Source: Candidatus Avirikenella pullistercoris (GTDB lineage: Bacteria; Bacteroidota; Bacteroidia; Bacteroidales; Rikenellaceae). From it: DNA of 64,000 bases. Of this stretch, positions 9,273 to 19,538 are shown in pieces. The position numbers and the translations under genes are program-made. Position 1 is the first letter of the stretch, and every line of letters starts with the position of its first letter. Where the stretch lies: NCBI GenBank assembly GCA_018710935.1, contig DVIX01000001.1, positions 1,406 through 65,405 on the forward strand, in the 5' to 3' direction. Under the pieces are notes generated by a model. It worked only from the letters and a program-made list of their open reading frames with translations, had not been told where the DNA came from and searched no databases.

Positions 9273-9806
9273 TTAGTGGCAACCGCAACCGCTGTCGCAT
9301 CCGTCTTCACAATCTCCTCCTTCACATCCGCAGCCACAACCGCATTGATGGAAATCTTCCGGTCTGGAATCTCTTACACCGACGACTTCTCCTTCGAAAT
9401 TCAGGGTTTTGCCTGCCATCGGATGATTGAAATCCATTGTCACTACCTCATCGTTAATAGCTTTTACCAATCCCATAAGGCGGTTTCCGTCATTGTCCAT
9501 CATAGGAAGCATATTGCCTACCTTCAAAAGGTCTTCATTGACTTTTCCGTCTATCATAAACAGGTGTTTCGGCAATTCCACTACCGCTTCTTCCATAATG
9601 TTTCCATACGCTTCCTCGGGAGTTAAAGAAAAAGTGAATTTGTCACCTGTTTCTTTTCCATCTATATTTGCCTCGAATTGAGGAAGAAGAGTGCCTGAAC
9701 CGAAAACGAATTCGAGCGGTTTGGATGCTTCTACTTTTTCAACCACATTGCCGTCCACCGTCAATGTATAGCTTAATGATACGAATTTGTCTTTAGTAAT
9801 TTTCAT
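9273..9806 (-). CDS. slyD: FKBP-type peptidyl-prolyl cis-trans isomerase, SlyD-like, with a Cys-rich C-terminal tail
   Basis: FKBP core plus insert-in-flap region (KPLEFVFGSG..LLPQFE, NHPMAGKTLNFEGEVVGVR). The last 25 aa are HQCGCGCGCEGGDCEDGCDSGCGCH. Confidence 0.88.
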   Translation of the reverse strand: MKITKDKFVSLSYTLTVDGNVVEKVEASKPLEFVFGSGTLLPQFEANIDGKETGDKFTFSLTPEEAYGNIMEEAVVELPKHLFMIDGKVNEDLLKVGNMLPMMDNDGNRLMGLVKAINDEVVTMDFNHPMAGKTLNFEGEVVGVRDSRPEDFHQCGCGCGCEGGDCEDGCDSGCGCH

Positions 9807-9833
9807 AAAAAGTGAAAGTTGGTTTTATAGGAT

Positions 9834-9869
9834 AAGAAACCGGTTGTTTTGTGTTGCAACCGGTTTCTT
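9834..9869 (-). terminator. Hairpin downstream of gcvP (candidate terminator)
   Basis: Perfect 13-bp stem: AAGAAACCGGTTG (9834-9846) pairs with CAACCGGTTTCTT (9857-9869). The U-tract on the minus strand is weak. Confidence 0.45.
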
Positions 9870-9878
9870 CTTAGTTTA

Positions 9879-12740
9879 TTATAACAGGCTTTCTAAGGTA
9901 TCGCTGGTAACAACTAAATTTCTGTCTCCGTAACCGTTATCTATTTTGGATACATAAGGCCAGAATTTGTTTTCCTTAACCCATGCGAGCGGATATACGG
10001 CTTTGCTTCTCGAATATTTGTGGTTCCATTCGTCGCCTGTTGCCTCTTCTGCCGTATGGGGAGCCATTTTCAATACATTATCTTCCGTGTCGGCAGTACC
10101 TGCTTTGATTTCTTCACACTCTTTCTTAATTTCGATAAGAGCTTGCAGGAATCTGTCTAATTCGGCTTTCGGTTCGCTTTCTGTCGGCTCTACCATTAAG
10201 GTTTCATGTACAGGGAACGATAAGGTCGGCGCATGGAAACCATAATCCATCAAACGTCTTGCGATGTCGGCACATTCTATTCCGTAATCTTTGCGGAAGT
10301 TACGGCAATCTACGATCATTTCGTGTCCTACCCTGCCTGTTTCACCGCTGTAAACGATACCGTATTCTCCTTTTAATGCCGAAGCCATATAATTTGCGTT
10401 CAGAATAGCCATTTCGGTTACTTTTCTCAAACCGTTCGCTCCCAACATTTTGATATAACCGTAAGTGATAGCCAATACGCCTGCACTACCCCACGGGGAA
10501 GAAGCTACCGCAGTGATTCCCTGTTCGCCTCCTACTCCTGCTACGATAGAATGGGAAGGAAGGAACGGAGCCAGATGTTTGGACGCTGCAATGGTACCTA
10601 CGCCCGGACCACCGCCCCCGTGAGGAATAGAGAATGTTTTGTGAAGGTTCAAATGGCAAACGTCCGCACCGATAAATCCCGGATTGGTAAGCCCTACTTG
10701 TGCATTCATATTTGCACCGTCCATATATACTTGTCCGCCGTTTTCATGTACGATGTCGCATAATTCGCGAATTTTCGCTTCGAATACGCCGTGTGTGGAC
10801 GGATAAGTAATCATGGCTGCTGCAAGCCTTGATTTGTACTGTTCCGCTTTTTTACGGAAATCTTCTACACTGATATTTCCTTTATCGTCACAGTCGACAA
10901 CGACTACTTCCATACCTGCCATAGCTGCCGATGCAGGATTGGTTCCGTGTGCCGAAGCAGGAATCAATGCTATGTTACGGCCGCCTTCGTTACGGCTTTG
11001 GTGGTATGCACGGATAACCATCAAACCGGCGTACTCTCCGGATGCTCCGGAATTCGGTTGGTTCGATACTGCTGCAAAACCGGTAATCGTAGCCAAATCT
11101 TTTTCCAGCTCTTTCATCATTTCCATATATCCTTGTGCCTGGTCTGCCGGTACGAAAGGATGGATATTTCCCATTTCTGCAAGACTGAGCGGCATCATGT
11201 TTACTGCTGCGTTCAGCTTCATTGTGCAGGAACCTAATGAAATCATGCTGTTAGCCAATGAAATGTCGCGGCGTTCCAATTTTTTAATGTAACGCATCAG
11301 GTCCGTTTCATTGTGATATTTGTTGAATACCGGTGCTGTCAGGATAGCGCTTTCCCGTTTCATGGAAGGACAGAACGACTCTTTTTCTTCAATGGAAGAA
11401 AGAACGATAGTCGGTTTTCCTGCTGCTTCGGCCAATATGGCAATGACGGTATTCACTTCGTCCAAAGTAGTCACTTCGTCAAAGCTCATTCGTACGCTTT
11501 GAGCGTTCGGATAGAAAAGGTTGATCTGTTTTTCTTCGGCTATTTTGCGTACTTTTTCAGCATCGGCTTCTACTTCGATTGTATCGAAGAAACATTCGGA
11601 TGCTAATTTATATCCTAATTTTTTAGCGGCTTCCGCTACGGCTGCCGTGTGTGAATGAGCATGTAAAGCGATGCGGTGTATGCCTTCCGGGCCGTGATAA
11701 ACGGCAAACATACCTGCCATAGTTGCCAGCAGTGCCTGTGCCGTACAGATGTTGGAAGTTGCACGTTCCCGTTTGATGTGCTGTTCACGGGTTTGAAGCG
11801 CCATACGTAACGCTTTGTTCCCCAATCGGTCGACAGAAACACCGATGATACGTCCCGGCATCAAACGTTTGAACTCTTCTTTGGTAGCCAAATAAGCGGC
11901 AGAAGGGCCTCCTAAGCTCATCGGAATACCGAAACGTTGCGTAGAACCGACAACGATGTCAGCACCCCACTCTCCCGGAGCTTTTAATAATGCCAAGCTC
12001 AGGAAATCGGCAACAACCGTTACCAGAATGCCTTGTTCATGTGCTTTTGCTGTAAATCCGGAGTAATCTTTGATAGCTCCGTTAGCTCCCGGATATTGTA
12101 AAATAACCCCGAATTCGGAACCGTTGAATTCATATTCTTCGAAATTTCCGGTAACTATCTCGATACCGAACGGTTCGGAACGGGTAAATATAACGTCTAA
12201 TGTCTGCGGATAAATATTTTCGTCAACAAACAATGTTTTTTTATTTGCTTTGACAGCGTCCCGTGAACGTCCGTGGAACATCATCAACATTGCTTCTGCT
12301 GCGGAAGTGCCTTCATCCAACAGCGAACAGTTGCTGATTTGCATACCGGTCAATGAAACCACCATGGTTTGGAAATTCAATAGTGCTTCCAAACGTCCTT
12401 GCGATATTTCCGCCTGATACGGAGTATAGGAGGTGTACCATGCCGGGTTTTCAAAGATGTTGCGGATGATAGCTGCCGGAGTAGCTGTCGGATAATATCC
12501 CATCCCGATAAAAGTACGGTACGGGTGATTTTTTTTGGCCAATTCCCGGATATGGGCTGCAAATTCATATTCGCTCATCCCTTCTGCCGGTAAATCCAAA
12601 GGTTTAGGTAAACGGATAGAAGCAGGCATTACCTGTGAAATCAATTCATCTACGGATTTTACGCCGATTACCTTCAACATCTGTTCAACATCTTTTTCGT
12701 TTGGACCGATGTGTCTGTTAACAAATTTATCTTGTGACAT
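9879..12740 (-). CDS. gcvP: Glycine dehydrogenase (aminomethyl-transferring), single-chain P protein of the glycine cleavage system
   Basis: 953 aa. YTPYQAEISQGRLEALLNFQ is present, as is the PLP-lysine region CHLNLHKTFSIPHGGGGPG. Confidence 0.95.
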   Translation of the reverse strand: MSQDKFVNRHIGPNEKDVEQMLKVIGVKSVDELISQVMPASIRLPKPLDLPAEGMSEYEFAAHIRELAKKNHPYRTFIGMGYYPTATPAAIIRNIFENPAWYTSYTPYQAEISQGRLEALLNFQTMVVSLTGMQISNCSLLDEGTSAAEAMLMMFHGRSRDAVKANKKTLFVDENIYPQTLDVIFTRSEPFGIEIVTGNFEEYEFNGSEFGVILQYPGANGAIKDYSGFTAKAHEQGILVTVVADFLSLALLKAPGEWGADIVVGSTQRFGIPMSLGGPSAAYLATKEEFKRLMPGRIIGVSVDRLGNKALRMALQTREQHIKRERATSNICTAQALLATMAGMFAVYHGPEGIHRIALHAHSHTAAVAEAAKKLGYKLASECFFDTIEVEADAEKVRKIAEEKQINLFYPNAQSVRMSFDEVTTLDEVNTVIAILAEAAGKPTIVLSSIEEKESFCPSMKRESAILTAPVFNKYHNETDLMRYIKKLERRDISLANSMISLGSCTMKLNAAVNMMPLSLAEMGNIHPFVPADQAQGYMEMMKELEKDLATITGFAAVSNQPNSGASGEYAGLMVIRAYHQSRNEGGRNIALIPASAHGTNPASAAMAGMEVVVVDCDDKGNISVEDFRKKAEQYKSRLAAAMITYPSTHGVFEAKIRELCDIVHENGGQVYMDGANMNAQVGLTNPGFIGADVCHLNLHKTFSIPHGGGGPGVGTIAASKHLAPFLPSHSIVAGVGGEQGITAVASSPWGSAGVLAITYGYIKMLGANGLRKVTEMAILNANYMASALKGEYGIVYSGETGRVGHEMIVDCRNFRKDYGIECADIARRLMDYGFHAPTLSFPVHETLMVEPTESEPKAELDRFLQALIEIKKECEEIKAGTADTEDNVLKMAPHTAEEATGDEWNHKYSRSKAVYPLAWVKENKFWPYVSKIDNGYGDRNLVVTSDTLESLL

Positions 12741-12813
12741 ATTAAAAAATGGTTTTATTTATTTTGTAAACTTATCAAAGTTAAAACAATTATATTAAAA
12801 CGGAAAGCCATTA

Positions 12814-14850
12814 TTATTTATTCTGTTGTTGTTCTTTATATTTTTTCAGTCCGTCTTCAAGGAATTGTATATAACCGTTCACATCCAAATTGTACCCACG
12901 TGTGGGAGCCAGCATTTCTCCGTCGTTATCCAATAATACGTAATAAGGTTGGCCGTTTACGTTAAACCGTTTCGCCTGAAAATCGGCATTGATTTTACCG
13001 ATGGTTTTCAACACCTTTCCAGAACTTGTGGTAACCCAGTCGCTTTCTGGAAGCTCTTTTTTGTCATCTACGTAAAGGGCAATGATTACGTAATCGTTGC
13101 GTAAAATGTCCAATACGCGCGGGTCTGCCCATACATTGGCTTCCATTTCCCGGCAGTTTACGCATCCGTGTCCGGTAAAGTCGATGAATACGGGTTTCCC
13201 AACTTTTTTAGCGTACGCCATACCTTCGTTATAGTCGAAGAATCCTTCCAGGTTATGCGGTAAATGGAGAAAATCGCTGTATTTAGCCGTAATTTTTTCC
13301 GAATTACTGTTATTGTTGCTGTTTCCTGAAGTTTGCTGGTCGTAAAGGTTGAAATCCAATGTATGCATCGGAGGCAGATAACCGGATAACGCTTTTAACG
13401 GAGCTCCCCACATACCCGGAATCAGATATACTACGAAAGCGAAAGTGATGATGGCCAGGAAAAGGCTTTTTACTTTTACATAAGGAGTGTCCGAGTCGTG
13501 GGCGAATTTGATTTTTCCTAAGAAATAGAGCCCTAACAAAGTGAAAATAACGATCCAGAAAGCTAAATAAACTTCCCGGTCGAGAATTCCCCAGTGATAG
13601 GTTTGGTCGGCTACGGAAAGGAATTTCATACCCAATGCCAATTCGACGAAACCCAGTACTACTTTTACGGAATTCAACCAACCGCCCGATTTGGGCAAGT
13701 TCTTCAACAGAGAAGGAAAGAAAGCGAATAACGTAAAAGGTAAAGCGAATGCAGTGGAGAAAACCAGCATGGTGATAATCGGTTGCCATACTTCGCCTTG
13801 TGTGGATTGTACGAGGATGGAACCTACGATCGGTCCGGTACAAGAGAAGGATACCAACACCAAAGTAAGTGCCATGAAGAAAGTACCTATAAATCCGCCT
13901 TTATCTGCCTTGGAATCGCTTTTGTTTACCAGCCAGCTCGGAAGTACGATTTCGAAAGCTCCGAAGAAAGAGGCTGCAAAGAACATGAATATCAGGAAGA
14001 ACAATACGTTCGGAATCCAATGCGTCGATAACCAGTTGAAAATATCGGCTGTTACGGCGTCGCCTCCGACAATCCAGGTAATGAAGATAATGACGGCAAT
14101 CGGAAGGGTATAAAGTGCGATGATGGATAAACCGTAAAAACTTGCCATCATGCGTCCTCTGGCTTTATTGTCGCTCCCTTTCATAAAGAAAGAAACGGTC
14201 ATCGGGACCATCGGGAATACGCAAGGTGTGAGTAATGCTGCGAAGCCCCATAAAATAGCTTCTACGATCATGCCCCAAATGGATTTTTCTTCGTTGAGGT
14301 CGCCTTGCAAGATTGCCGGGTCGCCGGTAGGTGTGGGAGCGATATTGCTGTTTGCCGTAGTTGCGGCATTATCCGCAGGAGCCGTACCGTCTGTCCCGTT
14401 GAGGCGGAAAACGAAGTCGTGTTCCATCGGAGGCAGACAGGTGTCATCGTTGCAGGTTTGCCACTCTACCGTTGCACGGAGTATTACGCCGGATGCAGAA
14501 GTGACTTTTACCTTTTGGATGAAAGAGGCGCTGTCAGCATAGTGCCCGATTTCCATGTTGAAGCTGGCATCGTGTTTCCTTTCGGCCTCTTTTACAGGTT
14601 CTGTTTTGCCTACCAATTCCACTCCCGGAGTTTCGGAAAAGGTGAATACGGTGGGATTAGGCCCTCCGTCATAAGGACCCATATCGTACATGTACCACGG
14701 AGCCTCGATTGTGGCGGTCATTGTTAATTCATATTCTCCTGCTGAGAGTTCCGTTACTTTACTGCTCCAGGTAACAGGTTCTTCGATTTGAGCTTTCGCT
14801 GAAAATACAGATAAAATGAAAGCTACTAAAAAAGTAAGTTTTAATTTCAT
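12814..14850 (-). CDS. DsbD-like thiol:disulfide interchange protein (N-terminal periplasmic domain, cytochrome-c-biogenesis-type TM core, C-terminal thioredoxin)
   Basis: Signal peptide. TM-core cysteines lie in LTPCVFPMVP and SFSCTGP. The C-terminal thioredoxin fold has FTGHGCVNCREME (CxxC). Confidence 0.85.
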   Translation of the reverse strand: MKLKLTFLVAFILSVFSAKAQIEEPVTWSSKVTELSAGEYELTMTATIEAPWYMYDMGPYDGGPNPTVFTFSETPGVELVGKTEPVKEAERKHDASFNMEIGHYADSASFIQKVKVTSASGVILRATVEWQTCNDDTCLPPMEHDFVFRLNGTDGTAPADNAATTANSNIAPTPTGDPAILQGDLNEEKSIWGMIVEAILWGFAALLTPCVFPMVPMTVSFFMKGSDNKARGRMMASFYGLSIIALYTLPIAVIIFITWIVGGDAVTADIFNWLSTHWIPNVLFFLIFMFFAASFFGAFEIVLPSWLVNKSDSKADKGGFIGTFFMALTLVLVSFSCTGPIVGSILVQSTQGEVWQPIITMLVFSTAFALPFTLFAFFPSLLKNLPKSGGWLNSVKVVLGFVELALGMKFLSVADQTYHWGILDREVYLAFWIVIFTLLGLYFLGKIKFAHDSDTPYVKVKSLFLAIITFAFVVYLIPGMWGAPLKALSGYLPPMHTLDFNLYDQQTSGNSNNNSNSEKITAKYSDFLHLPHNLEGFFDYNEGMAYAKKVGKPVFIDFTGHGCVNCREMEANVWADPRVLDILRNDYVIIALYVDDKKELPESDWVTTSSGKVLKTIGKINADFQAKRFNVNGQPYYVLLDNDGEMLAPTRGYNLDVNGYIQFLEDGLKKYKEQQQNK

Positions 14851-14882
14851 TATTATACGGTTAGGTTTTCAGTTTGTATTAT

Positions 14883-16343
14883 TTATTCGAGTTCCCAGTC
14901 GTAACCGTCTTTACGGTCTTTGACAACAACCCCCATGTTTTGTAATTCATTGCGGATTTTGTCTGAGGTCGCCCAATCTTTTTTACTTTTGGCATCCAAG
15001 CGGATATTGAGAATCATATCGACTAAACCGGAAACGAGATTTTGGTTATCGGCAATGGAATCATCCCGTAATCCTAAAATATCGAAAACGATTTCGTGCA
15101 TATCATTGCTGAGTTTGTCCAAATCTTCTTGGGTAATTTTTTGTTCCCCTTCGTGCAGTTGGTTGATGATACGTACCCATTCGAAAAGCTGGGCAATGGC
15201 GATCGGACTGTTCAGGTCGTCGCATAATGCTTCCATACACTCTTTTTTGAGGGATGATACATCGACAGTGGATTCGGAAGAAGGTTTGATCTTTTTTAAT
15301 GTGGAAACGGCTTTCAGCAAACGGTCCAATCCTTTTTCTGCGGCCGATAATGCTTCATTCGAGAAATCGAGCGTACTGCGATAATGCGCTTGCAGAATAA
15401 AGAAACGGATGGTCATCGGGGCATAAGCTTTTTCCAGCAGTTTGTGGTTTCCGGTGAACAGCTCTTCCAGCGTAATGAAATTTCCCAATGATTTTCCCAT
15501 TTTTTGCCCGTTGATAGTAATCATGTTATTGTGCATCCAGTACCTTACCGATTCATGTTTAAGGGCAGCCGTACTTTGGGCTATTTCGCATTCGTGGTGG
15601 GGGAACATCAAATCCATGCCGCCTCCGTGTATGTCGAATTGTTCTCCTAAGTATTTGGTGCTCATGGCAGAACACTCTAAGTGCCAACCCGGGAAGCCGA
15701 CGCTCCACGGGGAGTTCCAGCGCATGATATGTTCGGGAGAGGCTTTTTTCCATAAAGCGAAATCGGCGCTATGGCGTTTATCGGATTGTCCGTCCAAATC
15801 CCGGGAAGCGGCGATCATCTCTTCCAATACCCTGCCCGACAGTTTTCCATAATGGAATTTCCGATTGTATTTTTCTACGTCGAAATAGACAGAACCATTG
15901 CTCTCATAAGCATATCCGTTTTCCAGGATAACTTTAATCATCTCTATTTGTTCGATGATGTGTCCGGAAGCCTGCGGCTCTATGCTCGGAGGAAGTACGT
16001 TCAGGTATTTCATTGCATCCCGGTAACGGTTGATATAATATTGAGCGACTTCCATCGGTTCCAGTTGTTCCAGCCGTGCTTTTTTGGCTACTTTGTCTTC
16101 GCCTTCGTCGGAATCGTTTTCCAAATGGCCTACATCGGTGATATTCCTTACATAACGGACTTTGTAATTCAGGTTTTGCAACAACCGGAAAAGCAAATCG
16201 AATGTAATAGCCGGACGGGCATGTCCCAAATGCGGATCGCCATATACCGTGGGGCCGCATACATAGAGCCCTACGAAAGGAGGATTGAGCGGGACGAACA
16301 GCTCTTTTTTCCTGTCCAGCGTATTGTATATTTTGAAATCCAT
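14883..16343 (-). CDS. cysS: Cysteine--tRNA ligase
   Basis: Class I motifs HLGHAR (HIGH) and KMGKSLGN (KMSKS). Zinc-binding CGPTVY is at the N-terminus. Confidence 0.95.
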   Translation of the reverse strand: MDFKIYNTLDRKKELFVPLNPPFVGLYVCGPTVYGDPHLGHARPAITFDLLFRLLQNLNYKVRYVRNITDVGHLENDSDEGEDKVAKKARLEQLEPMEVAQYYINRYRDAMKYLNVLPPSIEPQASGHIIEQIEMIKVILENGYAYESNGSVYFDVEKYNRKFHYGKLSGRVLEEMIAASRDLDGQSDKRHSADFALWKKASPEHIMRWNSPWSVGFPGWHLECSAMSTKYLGEQFDIHGGGMDLMFPHHECEIAQSTAALKHESVRYWMHNNMITINGQKMGKSLGNFITLEELFTGNHKLLEKAYAPMTIRFFILQAHYRSTLDFSNEALSAAEKGLDRLLKAVSTLKKIKPSSESTVDVSSLKKECMEALCDDLNSPIAIAQLFEWVRIINQLHEGEQKITQEDLDKLSNDMHEIVFDILGLRDDSIADNQNLVSGLVDMILNIRLDAKSKKDWATSDKIRNELQNMGVVVKDRKDGYDWELE

Positions 16344-16630
16344 AAAACAGCAATTTATAATATTTGCAGATTACAAAGGTATAAACTTTTTCCGGCACTT
16401 TCTTATTTACACTCTATTTTTCTTTCCCGGTGGAAATTTCGGCATTTTTTCGGTTTAATACTGAAAAAAATGAAGTAAAGGGAACGGATTTGCCTTCGAT
16501 TGTTATTCTTTTTTCCTTTTTCGGAAATAAGGCGGAATTTTGTATCTGAATGAATGTATTATTACGGATAATTTCTATACTTTTGTGAAGTTAATGTTAT
16601 GTAACGTTAATATTTACATTATACTGTTGT

Positions 16631-17791
16631 ATGGCGGTTTATATATTTTTAACTTTTGTCATTTCTGCCGTTATCGGATGGATAGCGATTCCCAATATTA
16701 TCGTTATCTCGAAAAGGAAACGGCTGTTCGATGCCCCCAATGAGAGGAAAGTGCACACACAGGCTATTCCGCGTTTGGGCGGAATTTCATTCCTGCCGGG
16801 CATGATGTTCTCTTTTTGTGTGGCATTGGGTGTGCGTTATCTGACAGGAAATCCGTTGGATGTTGCTTTTGAAGAATCTTTTTTTATCGATTTTCTCTTT
16901 TTTACCGCCGGTTTGATTTTGCTTTTTTTTATCGGAATGGCGGATGACCTGGTAGGTATATCCTATAAAAATAAATTTATCGTTCAGATATTGGCGGCTT
17001 TGCTGCTGACAGCCGGGGATGGTACGATTCATAACCTGCACGGATTGTTCGGGGTATGGGAAATTCCGAACGTGCTGGGGGTTTTTATTACGGTATTGGT
17101 TACGGTAGGCCTTGTGAACGCTTATAATTTGATTGACGGGGTGGACGGTTTGTGTTCGGGATTGGGGGCTATTGCATTGACTATCCTTTCGGGATGGTTT
17201 TTTTATAATAATATCTCCGTTTATGCTATGCTGGGGGCAGGTATGTTGGGGACATTAGTCGTATTTTTCCTATATAATGTACGCGGGTTGCGTTTAAAGA
17301 TATTCATGGGAGACGGGGGATCTCTGATGTTGGGATATACGATTGCTTTTCTGGGTTTGAAATTTTATAATTTCAATTTTAATCCTGACTTTTTCAATAC
17401 TCCGAATGTGCCTGTTTTGGCCTTGTCGGTCGTATTTATTCCGGTATTCGATACCGTTCGGGTGTTCACCGAACGTATTTTGCGGGGGAAATCGCCTTTT
17501 TATCCGGATAAAACCCATGTTCACCATTTGTTTTTGAAAATAGGTTATACTCATTTGCAAAGTACGGGATTGATATTGATTGTAGCGATGCTTTTCGTTA
17601 TCTTTAATTTCCTGTTTCAGGATATGAATATCAATATTTTGTTCTTTGCCAATATTATATTGGGATTGGTGTTTCTGAACTGGTTGCCGAAACAGGTGAT
17701 AAGAAGGAAAGAGAGTCTTGTGCAGGGAAGCGGGAAAAGGCATGGAGAACAGAAATCGTATAAAAATAGGAATCGAAATACGGATTTATAA
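16631..17791 (+). CDS. Glycosyltransferase family 4 polyprenyl-phosphate HexNAc-1-phosphate transferase (WecA/MraY family)
   Basis: Polytopic membrane protein with FDAPNERKVH, GMADDLVG, NAYNLIDGVDGL and FMGDGGS motifs typical of the MraY/WecA superfamily. Confidence 0.85.
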   Translation: MAVYIFLTFVISAVIGWIAIPNIIVISKRKRLFDAPNERKVHTQAIPRLGGISFLPGMMFSFCVALGVRYLTGNPLDVAFEESFFIDFLFFTAGLILLFFIGMADDLVGISYKNKFIVQILAALLLTAGDGTIHNLHGLFGVWEIPNVLGVFITVLVTVGLVNAYNLIDGVDGLCSGLGAIALTILSGWFFYNNISVYAMLGAGMLGTLVVFFLYNVRGLRLKIFMGDGGSLMLGYTIAFLGLKFYNFNFNPDFFNTPNVPVLALSVVFIPVFDTVRVFTERILRGKSPFYPDKTHVHHLFLKIGYTHLQSTGLILIVAMLFVIFNFLFQDMNINILFFANIILGLVFLNWLPKQVIRRKESLVQGSGKRHGEQKSYKNRNRNTDL

Positions 17792-17817
17792 GTTTAAATA
17801 TCAAAAATTAAGATATT

Positions 17818-18861
17818 ATGGAATTTTCAGCAGAGATGATCGCTTCCTTTTTGGAAGGAGAAATAGTCGGTGATAAAAATACGGTTGTTAATAATGTTGC
17901 CAAGATAGAAGAAGCGGGAAAAGGAGACCTGGCTTTTTTAGCCAACCCGAAGTACGAACATTATGTTTATACGACAGAGGCTTCCATTGTGATTGTGAAC
18001 AAAACTTTCCAGCCTTCGCATGAATATAAAGCGACCTTGATTAAGGTAGAAGACGCTTATTCCTGTTTCGCCCGGTTGCTCGACCTTTATGTCGCTAATA
18101 AACCGCAGAAAACCGGTATTAGCTCCCAAGCTTTTATCAGCGATTCTGCGTTGATTCCGGAGGATGCTTATGTGGGAGCTTATACGGTAATAGAGGATAA
18201 AGCCGCAGTGGGTAAAAATGCGAAAATATATCCGCAGGTTTATATAGGGGTGAATGTGAAAATAGGGGATAATGTAACGATTTATCCGGGAGTAAGAGTT
18301 TATGAGAATTGCGTTATCGGAAATAATGTGATTCTGCATAGCGGATGCGTGATTGGTGCCGACGGTTTCGGTTTTGCTCCGGTGGACGGTGCATATAAGA
18401 AAATCCCCCAAATCGGAAATGTGGTATTGGAAGATAATGTGGAAATCGGAGCCAATACTTGTGTCGACCGTGCTACGATGGGATCTACTTATATTCGTAA
18501 AGGGGTGAAATTGGATAACCTGATCCAGATAGGACACAATGTCGTTGTAGGCGAAAATACGGTAGCGGCTGCCCAGGTAGGAATCGCCGGCTCTGCCAAG
18601 ATAGGAAAACACTGTATGTTTGCCGGACAGGTCGGGATAGCCGGTCATATCTCGATTGCGGATGGATGCCAGATCGGTTCGCAGGCGGGAGTGGGCTCTA
18701 CCGTAAAAGAATCCGGTTCTGTGTTGTTGGGAACACCTGCTTTTCATGCGCGCGATTTCCAGAGAGCAAGTGTAGTTTATAAATCGTTGCCGGAGATGCG
18801 CCATAAAATATCCCAAATGGAAAAGGAGCTGAATGCGTTGAAAGCGATGCTCGATAAGTAA
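17818..18861 (+). CDS. lpxD: UDP-3-O-(3-hydroxyacyl)glucosamine N-acyltransferase
   Basis: 347 aa. N-terminal LpxD domain (LAFLANPKY), then a long run of left-handed beta-helix hexapeptide repeats and a C-terminal helix. Confidence 0.93.
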   Translation: MEFSAEMIASFLEGEIVGDKNTVVNNVAKIEEAGKGDLAFLANPKYEHYVYTTEASIVIVNKTFQPSHEYKATLIKVEDAYSCFARLLDLYVANKPQKTGISSQAFISDSALIPEDAYVGAYTVIEDKAAVGKNAKIYPQVYIGVNVKIGDNVTIYPGVRVYENCVIGNNVILHSGCVIGADGFGFAPVDGAYKKIPQIGNVVLEDNVEIGANTCVDRATMGSTYIRKGVKLDNLIQIGHNVVVGENTVAAAQVGIAGSAKIGKHCMFAGQVGIAGHISIADGCQIGSQAGVGSTVKESGSVLLGTPAFHARDFQRASVVYKSLPEMRHKISQMEKELNALKAMLDK

Positions 18862-19454
18862 TGCAGATATATCTTCAGCTACGGAAAGAGAAGAAATTGG
18901 ATAGCAAGGGTAAAATAATTATGGGGGTGGACCCCGGTACCAATAAAATGGGATACGGGGTAATCCGTATTGCGGGAAACCGTATGGAATATGTGGTAAT
19001 GGGGTATATCGAGCTTTCGAAGTTCAAAAACGTGTATTTGAAATTGAAATACATATATGAACGGGTAGGGAGCTTAGTGGCTGAGTATCTGCCGGATGAA
19101 GTGGCTTTCGAAGCTCCTTTTTTCGGAGAGAACGTACAGAGCATGTTGAAGCTGGGAAGGGCTCAGGGGGTGGCTATGGCGGCTGTACTGGGATATGGAA
19201 TCGAAGTGTTCGAATATGCTCCCCGTAAAGTTAAGATAGCGATAACGGGGCAGGGGAGCGCTTCGAAAGAACAGGTGGCCTCTATGTTAAAAAATATATT
19301 GAATATCGCGGAGTTGCCCCGTAATCTGGATTCTACCGATGGTTTGGCCGTAGCCGTATGCCACTATTTCCAATCTTCGAGGCCTGGTTTCGGCAAAAGT
19401 TCATCCGGTTGGGACGATTTTTTGCGAAAAAATCCGGACAGAGTGAAACAATAG
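18861..19454 (+). CDS. ruvC: Crossover junction endodeoxyribonuclease RuvC
   Basis: IIMGVDPGTNKMGYGVI (catalytic Asp block), EAPFFGENVQSMLKLGRAQG and DSTDGLAVAVCH. The start is uncertain; the ATG at 18861 overlaps the lpxD stop (TAATG). Confidence 0.88.
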   Translation: MQIYLQLRKEKKLDSKGKIIMGVDPGTNKMGYGVIRIAGNRMEYVVMGYIELSKFKNVYLKLKYIYERVGSLVAEYLPDEVAFEAPFFGENVQSMLKLGRAQGVAMAAVLGYGIEVFEYAPRKVKIAITGQGSASKEQVASMLKNILNIAELPRNLDSTDGLAVAVCHYFQSSRPGFGKSSSGWDDFLRKNPDRVKQ

Positions 19455-19538
19455 GCGGGAAAAATCCGTAAATTAATTATAAATTTGTAACTCAAACAGA
19501 TATTAAAAGTTATTTAACCTCTAATAATTCTATTAAGA

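Noticed and set aside
12741-12813. Glycine riboswitch upstream of gcvP
   Set aside because: Only 73 nt of AT-rich sequence separate gcvP from the upstream gene. That is too short for a glycine aptamer, and it lacks the GGAGAG...CACCG-type conserved core.
12897-12902. A third CACGTG core that might be another parS
   Set aside because: The flanks (TACCCACGTGTGGGAG) do not match TGTTNCACGTGNAACA, and it lies inside the dsbD-like coding sequence.
13310-13843. 177-aa alternative-frame ORF, along with other 130-140-aa ORFs, inside the dsbD-like gene
   Set aside because: They are fully embedded in a gene with clear DsbD motifs, and their translations are Arg/Ser/Pro-rich frame artefacts.
17938-18816. 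292-aa ORF on the minus strand
   Set aside because: It is antisense to lpxD. The hexapeptide-repeat coding periodicity keeps the opposite strand open, and the translation has no recognisable domain.
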